The translations under genes were made by a program, and so were the position numbers. Of a DNA stretch of 64,000 nt, positions 53,213 to 64,000 are shown piece after piece. The first letter of the stretch is position 1. Each line of letters begins with the position of its first letter. Source of the stretch: Octopus vulgaris (taxonomy: Eukaryota). The notes below the pieces were generated by a model, which saw nothing but the letters and a program-made list of their open reading frames with translations, searched no databases and had not been told where the DNA came from. Location of the stretch: positions 48,980,001 to 49,044,000 of the forward strand of contig OX597819.1 of the NCBI GenBank assembly GCA_951406725.2, in the 5' to 3' direction.

Positions 53213-54145
53213 TATTTGTTTATTCTGTGCGAGGGTACTTTCATGGAAAGGAACACTGGCAAACTATTAACTCTAAAATATTTCCATTACTGTCTTCCAT
53301 AGTTGTCAAAAGGATCTAATATTAAACAATGAGTAATATTGTCTTTCCTGTGCTTATTTCAGGTTAACTTGTTTAATGCTACTTGGATTTGAATAATTTA
53401 AATAATTAAATTTATTAACATAATCAAATGACTCAACTATTTTGCTGTATGCACTGGCATGTTTAAACAACTGGTTACATACATGTAACTAATTCTCTCA
53501 ATATCTGTAACAGTCTTCATTTACATAAACTGGTTTTTAGAGACCAGTTTGTTTGTGGTGAAGGCCATTCAGAAGATCAAGTTAAAACATTATTTGAGCT
53601 TAGTTTGAACTCCAGTTGCCCTCTGGCATAATGCTTAAATTAAAGCTGACACTCAAAAATCATTTGACTCATGTAATCATACTCCTTAGTAACCATTCAA
53701 ATTAAGAATAGAAAAAAAAAAAAAAAAAAAAAAAGAGTCAGAAAACCAAGAGAACCTCTATGCAATTATTCAGCCAGCTTGAAATAGCAGCTAAATTCTC
53801 TCATTTAATATCCTATTGACAGAAGAAATGGAAAATACATTAGATAATGCTTCTTAAAATGAATGGATGGCCTAGACTGAAATGCCATTGATCTAAGAGC
53901 TTGTCTGCTAAATTGGGGCTAAGCTGGAACAAAACGACAAGCTTTTTACTAGATTCTGTATTGAACAAAGATTTAACCCAGAAAAAGAATGTGACCTCTA
54001 CTTCCATTACAAATATAGCCATGATATCTATTAAGTAGGTCACTATTGACTCATATGGTCATATAAAAATTAAAAAAATAATAATCAGCAATGATTGATA
54101 ACAGGTAAAATTGGCTAACATGAATTAGTAGTGTAAATTACTAAC

Positions 54146-54278
54146 GTATATTGTCTGTGTGCCCGATGCTTGAAGGGTGTCAAAACTATGCAAGTATGGT
54201 TTGCTTGTACAAAAACTTGAAAGAGTATTCAGGTAATCTTGTGATGGATGAGTGAGAGTTACAACAGAGCATGAAGAT
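54146..54278 (-). other. Candidate upstream exon of the DLGAP gene (UTR or coding)
   Basis: caattttcag acceptor, gttagt donor, 133 nt. One frame is fully open (SSCSVVTLTHPSQDYL...QTIY), but its phase does not match the 42714 exon directly. Confidence 0.35.
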
Positions 54279-54367
54279 CTGAAAATTGTTATCACATATG
54301 CATAGACATCATTCTATCAAGTTAACATGCATTTGATTTACTATCTTATCAGAGTGTGTGTGTCTGT

Positions 54368-54369
<2 letters not shown>

Positions 54370-54444
<75 letters not shown>

Positions 54445-54445
54445 A
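54370..54445. repeat. Compound microsatellite (TA)n(GA)n
   Basis: Directly visible. Confidence 0.95.
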
Positions 54446-54573
54446 ATTTATACAAGCTTGCCATACATGGCCTGAAACACCTTCAACATGTCACTTTAAA
54501 ATAGAACAGGTTTACATTAATGATGCAGTTTGCATGTCTTTACAGTAATAACAAAAACGGTACACATGTTATT

Positions 54574-54783
54574 CTGATATGGATACAAGGTCTACAATTT
54601 CAGGGGTAGGGTTAGTCAATTACATTGATCCTAATGCTCAACTGGTACTTACTTTAAGAGCCTTGAAACGATGAAAGGCAAAGTCGACCTCGGCAGCATT
54701 TGAACTCAGAACAAAGCCGGAAGATGTGTCTCTAAGAACTTTTTTATAGTGTGCCAATGATTCTGCCAACTCATTGTCTTAAA
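54574..54783 (-). mobile_element. SINE group B2-like with 14-bp TSD
   Basis: gtacacatgttatt is duplicated at 54560-54573 and 54784-54797. Confidence 0.82.
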
Positions 54784-55284
54784 GTACACATGTTATTAAT
54801 ATAATTTTAAGCCTGTTTTTCCATGCTAGCATGGGTTGTTGAATGTCTCGTAGTACTTCATCACATATTGCATTCCTTCATTATCCAGTAACAAGAAAAA
54901 CTTATTCAACTCTGTTGTTGCCCTTGTCATGTTATTTTTGGCACTTCTTTTTTAGCAGCTGGATGCCCCTTTTATCAGCTGTTTTACAATATAAATTTGG
55001 TGAATTTTAATATGCTACTAGCATGAGAGAGTTTGTCCATGGTGAGACCAAAGACTCATCCATACTCTTCCTTTGTTCTTTATTTTTCTGTTTCTGATAT
55101 GTGCACTTATTTTCCATAAATTTATTTTTAGTGTTAAGAAATATGATTTTGCTACTAGATTATGGGAGTGAAATGTTTTTAAATGAGAAATTTTCACTGA
55201 CAGTTAACGAACCCAGTATTATCTTTACAACTTTTACCAATACTACAAAAGGATCTTCTATTCTAAATTGGATATTATTAAAGT

Positions 55285-55560
55285 CTGTCACATGCACCTA
55301 TTATGTCTCTAAAATGTTAAACCAATATTATAGTATTGCCCTATATCATCTAAAAACTGTCATACAAACTTATTCTGCCCCTAAAACCTTAGATCAATAT
55401 TAAAGTATTACTCAATAATCATATGCACCAGTTTTGTATCTAATTACTGTATTGCTCCTCTAAATGGACCTATTCTGTCCCTAAAACTCTCAATATTACA
55501 GTATTGTTTTATCTCCTCTAAACAGTGTCACAAGCACCCATTCTGCCCCCAAAACTCTCA
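55285..55560. repeat. Degenerate minisatellite (~65-70 bp unit)
   Basis: ctgtcacatgcacctattctgcccctaaaa...caatattacagtattg-like units recur about four times. Confidence 0.55.
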
Positions 55561-56235
55561 CCCTGACATTACATACAATCAGTTACCCCAATGATTTCTT
55601 CAGTTTGTGAATTCTTAGCCTTCATTCATTATTACCCAAAGCTACCTAAAAAACTTCACATTTTTTAAAAGCTGCCCTAAGTCTTCTTACTCCTTTTCTT
55701 CTAATCTATAAGCCTCCCCACCTCCTGCTCCACAACTCCAAATGCCTTTTTTGCTTCCTTTTTTAGGTGCGACAATATAAAATATCATTATACAATTGGA
55801 TTACATCTTTCTTTAATTAGATAACACCATTCAATAGCTGGACAACACTTTAATTTCTGATAAAGAAAAAGGTTGCTTATGATAAGAGATGAACCAGTTT
55901 TTTTCTCTTGTTATGTGCATCATTTTCAAAGATATGCAGACATGTTGTTGAAAGTAAGAAGCATTAGGATGTTATATTTACGGAATATTTGACATAGCAA
56001 AAATACCATTGCAGCTAGGTGACATGAATAGTGTCAGACACTATTATAGTAAGCAGTAACAAGGAGGCTAAAGGTCATACGAAACAAAGTATGAACAACG
56101 TATTCAAACATTTTGTCTTCAAGATAGAGGATTAATAGATTGACTAACAAATGCCACTATAATATTTTTATAAAAAGGGGATCTTTCATAATAAATATCT
56201 TACATTTCTAGAAAAAAGTTAATTACTAAATTTAA

Positions 56236-56430
56236 CCCTTTCGTTACTGTATTTATTTTGGGATGCACTGTGTTCCTTTCAATTACTTTAAATATAACAA
56301 AGACTTTAGTAAAATAACTTAACTAGTATTAAGAACATAAATTGTGGAAGATTTTAATTCAAAACATATAAAAACAAGACATTTGTACTCAGAGCCAGAG
56401 CCGGTTTCAGCCGGGTTGGTAATGAAAGGG
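56236..56430 (+). mobile_element. piggyBac-like MITE family 2
   Basis: TTAA|ccctttcgttac ... gtaatgaaaggg|TTAA; homologous to 62214-62436. Confidence 0.85.
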
Positions 56431-56730
56431 TTAATTACTAAGGAACACCATCATGAAAATCAATAAGTTAAATTAGGTATTAAGTTACTGCTTAATATAG
56501 GGAGTATTAAAAATTTAATTAGAAATAATTAATTATTTTAGCAGCATTTACTGGGGACTACTTTTGTTTCTAGTCATTAAGAGAAATTAAGGAGTCTGTA
56601 GTTAGGTTGGTAGTGTTGTAGGAAGAAGTTTGTTGGGAGTGAGCAAACATTTTCAATCACTCAAACAGTTTTAGGTGTGTTAATGTAAGCAGGAACCTAT
56701 TTGAACATGGAAACAAAATTCCCAAATTTA

Positions 56731-57135
56731 GCAGGAGTGGCTGTGTGGTAAGTAGCTTGCTTACGAACCACATGGTCCCGGGTTCATTCCGACTGCGTGG
56801 CACAACGGGCAAGTGTCTTCTACTATAGCCTCGGGCCGACCAAAGCCTTGTGAGTGGATTTGGTAGACAGAAACTGGAAGAAGCCCATCATATATATGTA
56901 TATATGTATATATGTGTGTATATGTTTGTGTGTCTGTATTTGTCCCCCTAACATTGCTTGACAACCGATGGTGGTGTGTTTATGTCCCTGTAACTTAGCG
57001 GTTCAGCAAAAAGAGACTGATAGAATAAGTACTAGGCTTCCAAAGAATAAGTCCTGGGGTCAATTTACTCGACTAGAGGCAGTGCTCCAGCATGGCCACA
57101 GTCAAATGAATGAAACAAGTAAAAGAGTAAAAGAG
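56731..57135 (+). mobile_element. tRNA-derived SINE group A, full length
   Basis: A-box tggctgtgtggtaa, B-box ggttcattcc, central (TA/TG) microsatellite, (gtaaaaga)n tail; many copies in the window. Confidence 0.9.
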
Positions 57136-59088
57136 TCAATTTTGTTGAATCATAATTTTAATTTCTTGCTGCGACATAATCTAAAATGATTAAGCAAATG
57201 TGATGCAAAACCCATGTGAAAAAGAATAGATAAAAAAATGTTCATGTTAACTCATATAATTTTAAGTAAACTGTTTTGTGTAATTAGAGACCAACAAAAT
57301 CTAAGTCCTATTCACATGGACATGTAATAGGATGTTAGTGTGTGTGCATGTGTGTTTCTTTTGACTAGGGACGAAGTCAATTTTCTTTCTGAAGAGGAGT
57401 GGTATTGTATATTCACCCTAGTATGTTATTTGTGTTTATCATCCTTGAAAGATGAAATTCAAAGTTAATCCCTGTGGAAGTTATAATGTAGAGGTACGAG
57501 ATTAAATAGCCTGTGACACTTCTGTACTTTGTCCTTTTAACTCACCATTTTCTAGTACTAAAATGAGCTTATATAAATAAATATACATCAAGAGTATGCT
57601 AGCCTTTGGTTGTTAAGAAGTAGGGTGTTGACATGTCTAGGGTAATCTAAGTGCTTGTTATCAGAATACAAATTTTCTCAGACCAATTTTACTAGAAACT
57701 GTTGAATACTCCACAAGGGTCAGGTGAGTGACCTTTCGATACTGTTACTGTGTGCCTCCTATTCCTGTTAAGCCTGATCAAGTATACCTATGACTCATAA
57801 GTCAAAATGAACAATCGGGTGCGGTCCATACATATCCAAGGCACCAGCTATGCCTTCCTTGCTTTCTGCAGGGTTGAAGTCCACATTTAGCATTAAGACA
57901 TGCTGTGGTTTATCAAATAGGATGCAATTTGTGCACAAAATATAGTTGTTGCTAATGAGACATGAATGGAAATGTCACCCTGTTTATACTAGATAAAGAA
58001 TGTACAAGAAGTAGTCAGAAAACAAACAAAAAAAGAAACAAACTAATGTGGGTATCAATATTAGATAAAATAGCTGAAGTATTGTAGATATTACAATATA
58101 AAAGAAAAAAAATGTACTTTAAACCAAATACAGAAAAAGAGAAAAAAAATTGTACTTTAAACCATCATGGAAAGGTAAAGACTTGTGAGTTGCAACATCA
58201 AAAAGCCATTGAATATCCTTCATAATTACTATATCCTAAATGGATGTTTACTATGAAAATCTAGCAAAATTATGAATGGAAAATTGTAATCATAGTAAGC
58301 TGTAGATAATCTGTTAAATGGAGATTACAATGATCTCTGACACCTTACATCATTAATCTCTTTCAATGGTACACAACAACATAGTTGCATACTTTTCTGT
58401 GTAGGTCTGTTAGCATTTATCTTCCATCCACAGAAACACATCAATCTCAACTAGAATAGAGTTTGAGATTGTCCTAATAACAAGCTGCAACTGCCTCACT
58501 TTTACAGGTGGCTTATAATGAACTCAATTCTCTGAATTCTGTCAGCTGCTCCTTAGTTTAGCTACAATATTCCTCTATAGACTCACAACCTGATCTGTCT
58601 GCAGTGTTTTTCACACACACAAATTTAAACTTCAATGTATCACTTCTCCCCAGTATTTATATAACATGGAAGCTTCAGTTACCAACAGAGCAAACTAATG
58701 CAAATGATGTCCCTCAAACAATGTATCCATGAATTAGTCTATTCTTCATCTCATGACTTAGGGATAAAATACATGCAACAGTGTGCCTCAGATCCTCTTT
58801 CAGTCCAAGACACAAAGCCAACTATTGAAATATAGCCCCCCCCCCCAGCTTTAAAGTTAAAGTGAATATTTATAGTCCTCTCCTTTACTACTTTGAACCC
58901 CTTTCATTTCTCTGTGGTCCCTAATAGACTTCCATATAGTTAGATCCAATGGAGTTCTTACTTTTGACTAAACACACAAAAGTATCTTCCTTCAAAACTA
59001 AATTTGGCAAAACCAGAGAAGGCTTTAAAACTAGCAAAACTTTCAGCAAAGTTTGGTATGATAACCATGATCATTCTGTGTTATTCTA

Positions 59089-59653
59089 TTGGGTTGTCCG
59101 GAAAGTTTGTGCCGATTTATAGAAGCTTACCTTTCAACTTATTTTAGAACATGGTTGAGTCCATAAAATAGGATTTGACTACACCTCCATTTAGAGCACA
59201 GTTTAAGCTATCTTTTCGTAAAAGAAGGTTTATGTTCCTACAACCTGTGTTAATTCTGTAAAACCTTTTAAAATGGAAGATAAGAAAGTTCATTTTCGGC
59301 ACTTGATGCTTTGGGAACCAGACAAAAATTGCTGCAGCTCGGCTAGGATGTGTTATCCCACCCTCCATATTCACCAGATATTGCTCCTTTGGATTTCCAC
59401 TTATTCGGGTCTCTGCAGAGTAGTCTTAAAGGTAAAAATTTCAATTCCTTGGATGATGTAAAAAGATACCTTGAATTCTTTGCCATGAAACCACCTCAAT
59501 TCTGGGAAGAGGGTATTTTCAAGTTAAAGGAAAGATGGAGATGCATTGTGCAACAAAATGGCTTATATTTGGTTGATTAAAAATGTAATGGCAAGTATTT
59601 ATTGACCTTTTTCTTTTCTTTAAAAATCGGCACAAACTTTCCAGACAACCCAA
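59089..59653 (+). mobile_element. Internally deleted mariner element with intact TIRs
   Basis: 30-bp TIRs ttgggttgtc(c/t)ggaaagtttgtgccgattt with TA flanks. N-terminus MEDKKVHFRHLMLWE is fused to C-terminus HPPYSPDIAPLDFHLF...QNGLYLVD*. Confidence 0.95.
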
Positions 59654-60299
59654 TATATGTCAGGGTTGGGGAATCTTAATATGAAGAGTTACATAAAATG
59701 ACTGTTTATCTATATATAATTGGATCAGAAATTTCATATTCATGTCCCGTTGTTCCTTCACAACAGGTGTCAATAGTGCACTTTTCCACCTTCATTCAGT
59801 TCAACTGTAATTCAAGGTTATATTTCTTGTGAATACACATACATACACCTTAAAAATGTAATTCAATGAGGACATTGAAGAAAATATACCTGCAGTACTA
59901 CACCTTCCTTAGTCATGAGCACTCAGAAGACTTTCATGCTTCACATCTGACGTATGCGAGGTTTAACAATATTTCCCACATTCTTCTTTCTGTATATCAA
60001 TGGCCTATTTGCTCTGACTTATAAACAACAGACACCCCTATGCATATATTTACATACTTTGTTCCTCTTTAACATTCTGCATACAGGTATTATTTCAATG
60101 CAAAATAAACACTCTCATACTAGATAAACACTGCTTCTGTGAAAAGAGACCTTGAGAACATTTTCCAAAGGTGACATTACATAATCTCTCAACAGCACAT
60201 CCCTCTCTCGCCATTAACAACATGCTTTAAAACCTTTAAAACTGCCACAAATGCCAGGAAACAGAATCTCCGATGAACTTATATGGTGTCCACATACAC

Positions 60300-60480
60300 A
60301 TCATCATTTAACATCCATCTTCTAGGATGGCATGGGTTGGACAGTATAACAGGAGCTAGCAAGCCAGAGGACTGCACCTAGCTTCACTGTCTGTTTTGGC
60401 ATGGTCTTTTATGGATAGATGCCCTTCTTAATGCCAATCACAATACAGAGTGGGCTGGGTGAAATTTTTGTGGCACCAAT
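60300..60480 (-). mobile_element. RTE LINE 3' fragment (diverged)
   Basis: tcatcatttaacatcc...catgggttggac...gatgcccttcttaatgccaa. Confidence 0.75.
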
Positions 60481-60712
60481 ACATATATATATTAAATATA
60501 TATAATTAAATTCTATGTCTTTGTTGCAGCTGAAGATTGCTCTACATTTTAAATTGATGTAATGATTGCATTGTTCAATTAAATGGAGTTGCATGAAACG
60601 ATCATACTGCATTGCCTCTGGATATCCTTGTTGCTTATTTTGATTTTAATCACCTTATTTTGAAATTGTATGGATAACATTGTACTAAATTCTGGTGTCT
60701 CAACTTAAGTAA

Positions 60713-60913
60713 CCATTTGCCAGACTCGTCTGGCACCTGTGCCAGTGGCATGTAAAAAGCACCCACTACACTCATGGAGTGGTTGGAGTTAGGAAGGGCA
60801 TCCAGCCGTAGAAACATTGCCAGATCAGACTGGGCCTGGTGCAGCCTTCTGGCTTCCCAGACCCCAGTTGAACCGTCCAACCCATGCTAGCATGGAAAGC
60901 GGACACTAAACGA

Positions 60914-60915
<2 letters not shown>
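60713..60915 (+). mobile_element. RTE LINE 3' fragment
   Basis: aggaagggcatccagccgtagaaac...cccatgctagcatggaaagcggacactaaacgatg followed by (TA)n. Confidence 0.85.

Positions 60916-60957
<42 letters not shown>
60916..60957. repeat. (TA)n microsatellite
   Basis: Directly visible, adjoining an RTE tail. Confidence 0.95.
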
Positions 60958-60966
<9 letters not shown>

Positions 60967-61142
60967 GTATACCAATGAATGTTGTAAACTGTGACACTGT
61001 ATGCCTGTGATGAGTATAAGCTTGCATCTGTAAAATTAGACAGTTTGGACATGTTACCCAAGTCTAAGTACATTATCCATTTACATTTCAGAATACAGCA
61101 GACACATATTCCATGAAAGTACAAGATCATAATTCAGTGTTT

Positions 61143-61288
61143 ATCATCATCATCATCATCGTTTAACGTCCGCTTTCCATGCTAGCATGGGTTGGACGTA
61201 TGACTGAGGGCTGGCGAACCAGATGGCTGCTCCAGGCTTCAATCTTGATCTGGCAGAGTTTCTACAGCTGGATGCCCTTCCTGACGCC
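61143..61288 (-). mobile_element. RTE LINE 3' fragment
   Basis: (CAT)n gtttaacgtccgctttccatgctagcatgggttggacg...ggatgcccttcctgacgcc. Confidence 0.85.
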
Positions 61289-61984
61289 ATATATTGAAGA
61301 GGTGAAGAAATCCTTGCTTATTGAAGAAATCTCTAAAACTTTTGTATAAAAACAAGAATTTAAGCTTTGAGACTGAAACAAATGCACCCTTCATACAATA
61401 TCCCCCCACCTAACATAAACACAGAATGATCTCTAATTGCTGTTTTTTTCTCCCCAAGATATCCCTGATGAAGCAGATTATAAACAAGGGCATTCCAGCT
61501 GTGATCATTTCACTATTTCTTCAGGTATAGTTTACCTTATGTTGTCTAATGTATTCATGTATTTTCTCCTCCAATCTGTCTTTTTACTTTTATGGCATGT
61601 TGTGATTTGACTACTATTTCTAACAGGCTGATTGACTATATCAGACTCATTCACTGGCAAGATCATAGAAACTGATACAACAGCTCTGACAGTAGAATAA
61701 TGAACACAACAGATGGCCCAGTAATATGTTTCTTAAAGAGAACAAAAGCCTTATTATGACAACCCTAATCTCCATATTATTCAGTATTCCACTGAGACTT
61801 AAATTTATCATTAGTTAATAGGGTGACAATAACGGGGTCCAGTTTAGATGGCCATTCTTTGAACGGTAACATCTGTATGCTTTACAAGAACTGAAATGGA
61901 TTAATTCTTCAAATGCCATTAGGTTTTCTCCAGTCTAGATTATATTTTAATCCAGCTTTTATCAACATTTTTGATATTTTGCAT

Positions 61985-62208
61985 TTATTTAAAATTTTGG
62001 CACAAGGCCTGACATTTTAGAGGGTGGTGTGGTGGTGGGTATACGTCAATTACATCAACCCCTGTGCTTAACTTGTATTTATCTTATCAACCCTGAAAGG
62101 ATGAAAGGTGAAGTTGACCTTGGAGGAATTTGAACTTAGAACGTAAAGACGGATGAAATGCTGCTAAGCATTTTGCCCAGCATGCTAACGATTCTGCCAG
62201 CTTGCCAT
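61985..62208 (-). mobile_element. SINE group B2
   Basis: aaattttggcacaaggcc...gaatttgaactt...gctaacgattctgccagct. Confidence 0.85.
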
Positions 62209-62213
62209 CTAAA

Positions 62214-62436
62214 CCCTTTCGTTACCATATTTATTTTGAGATGCTCTGTGTTTCTTTCAATTAATTCTAAATGTAACAAAGAATTTAGTATCATAACTTA
62301 ATTATCATTAAGCTGGTGTTAGGAACATAAATTGTGACTAAGGTTTGGTGGAAGATTTTAATTCAAAACTTACGAAAACAAGACATTTGTACTACAGAGC
62401 TAGAGGCAGTTTCAGCTGGGTTGGTATTGGAAAGGG
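62214..62436 (+). mobile_element. piggyBac-like MITE family 2
   Basis: ccctttcgttacc ... ggtattggaaaggg|TTAA. Confidence 0.85.
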
Positions 62437-62461
62437 TTAATGAGTATTATAATTATTGAGA

Positions 62462-62680
62462 CAAGTTAGCAGAACATTTGCATGTCAGACAAAAATTCTT
62501 AGTAGCATTTCATCTCTCAATGTTCTGAGTTCAAATGCTGCCAAGCTTGACTGTCTTTCATTCTTAAGGGGGCAGAGTATCAATGGAAACAGTTCCAGCT
62601 GAGCACTGGGGTCAATATAATCTACTAGCCCCCTCCCATCAAAATTTCAGGCCTTCAGCTAATAGAAAGAATTACCATTA
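62462..62680 (+). mobile_element. SINE group B2 (diverged)
   Basis: ttctgagttcaaatgctgccaag...gagcactggggtcaat...caaaatttcaggcctt. Confidence 0.75.
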
Positions 62681-62719
62681 TTATTTAAAACAACATTGGT
62701 CCACTTGTGAGTAAGATAC

Positions 62720-62950
62720 TTAATCATTTTGATACCAAGCTGTCTGAAAACACCCCTGGCTTTAAGATACAATATTCTAGTTTCAAAGTAATTTAAATTA
62801 AAATCTTCCCTCAAAATTCTGGGTTAATTTATGTTTCAAAACACCAGCTTAATAACGAGAAAGATATTTTATTAGATTCTTCATTATTTTCGAAATTATG
62901 TAAAACAAAGACAGTGTATTTCAGCAGAAACATATAGCAAAACGGTAAAT
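62720..62950 (-). mobile_element. Diverged relative of MITE family 2, reverse orientation
   Basis: aattaaaatcttcc...aatttatgttt..aacaccagcttaataa is the reverse complement of family-2 internal motifs. Confidence 0.6.
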
Positions 62951-63238
62951 GAGTAACCGACATGCATGAATTTTCATAGAATTTAAATTCTATTCAGACT
63001 TTGAAGAAAATGAAATCCGAGCTGCTGAATGGAACTGACTGACTCTTTACTACAGAATGTAATTGTTTACTAAAGGACAGCCATGCCAACTGTCTTAACA
63101 GTTATAGTGATGGAGCCATGATAAACTTATTCTAAATATATGGTCATACAACTGAATGGTACCGGTTAGAATATTTCGAGACAGACTAAACACCAAAAAC
63201 CCCAAAGGATCACTACTTCTGCTTATCGCTAATCTTAC

Positions 63239-63460
63239 ATTTCCTTTCATGGGAATCAATGAGAAACAAATGTCAGCTAAGGTTTGACTGATCAAAAACT
63301 AGAAGAGACTATGTATCACTTAACGTATTTGTTTAGTTCTGTCTATGGTGCTGACTAAAAAGAGGCGGAATCCCGGTGATACCACGTTTGGAATTTGGTA
63401 GATCCAATACGACAACTATTTTCGTATGCTAGTTATTTCGAGTAACGAATTCTTTAAGTT
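63239..63460 (-). promoter_or_regulatory. Candidate first exon / promoter region
   Basis: Donor aat|gtaaga after 63239. Local CpG enrichment at 63360-63450 in non-repeat sequence of an otherwise CpG-poor window. Confidence 0.3.
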
Positions 63461-64000
63461 ATATTGTAAAACACATTTCATTTGATTAAAATATTTTATA
63501 TTAAAGTATCAGTGACCGGGTAGTTGATGTACAGTGAAAACTGATAATGATATCACAAAATAGTAAAACAGAAATGAAAATAACAACGTAAATGTGCGTT
63601 TAAAATGTGTATTTTAAATGATTGATAATGTAATATAGCCATGATGTAATCGTTTTTACCATCTCTGATAAAATAACTTTTCAAACAAGTACAGCTTAAT
63701 AACTTGCGTGTTAATATACAAATAAAACAACTTATTTAAAAAAAAAAATTTCAACCTATAAAAAAATATACAACTTCTATAAAACTTATGTCGAGAGTAG
63801 ATATTAAAATTTAGACTTTTGACCAACTGACAATTCATCTCGTTAAATGTGGCTTCTAAATGAAAATGACATACTAATAATAAGGAAGAGCCGAATAAAA
63901 ATCTTAAACGTGAATAAAACCAAAGAAATATTTCAGATGGGCAGAAATACTTCAGACACACATGTCATTTTGAAAATATGTGAGTAGGAGTTGAATAAAA

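Noticed and set aside
59350-59580. Functional SETMAR-like or transposase gene
   Set aside because: Most of the transposase is deleted and there is an in-frame stop just upstream; it is a non-autonomous relic.
123-63961. Most ORFs in the six-frame track
   Set aside because: Short, low-complexity translations of microsatellites, SINEs, LINE tails or AT-rich intron. Only 29387-29626, 42215-42799, 1209-1493 (partly) and the TE-derived ORFs overlap real coding signal.

Overview
AT-rich, repeat-dense eukaryotic genomic DNA, almost certainly octopus (inferred from its SINE/RTE/MITE content). Nearly all ORFs in the ORF track are spurious. The window is mostly intronic sequence of one minus-strand gene, a DLGAP1-4/SAPAP/GKAP-family (Drosophila vulcan-like) postsynaptic scaffold. 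I reconstructed a frame-consistent exon chain from GT-AG sites: 42714-42251, 32528-32423, 31314-31223, 29620-29468 (the last three encode the GKAP/GH1 domain), 16719-16653, 5569-5507, 5439-5368, then one of two stop-containing exons (5100-5018 or 1276-1209). Several candidate non-coding upstream exons lie at 49-63 kb. Introns hold at least three tRNA-derived SINE groups, 5'-truncated RTE and CR1-like LINEs, mariner and Tigger/pogo relics, piggyBac-like and hAT-like MITEs, and microsatellites. I found no clearly novel enzymatic system. The best leads are RNA-level: alternative Cys-ending C-termini, a 351-nt stop-free phase-0/phase-0 GH1 exon block bracketed by inverted SINEs (circRNA hypothesis), and close inverted repeats that could be ADAR substrates. 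There are also scars of templated DNA repair.
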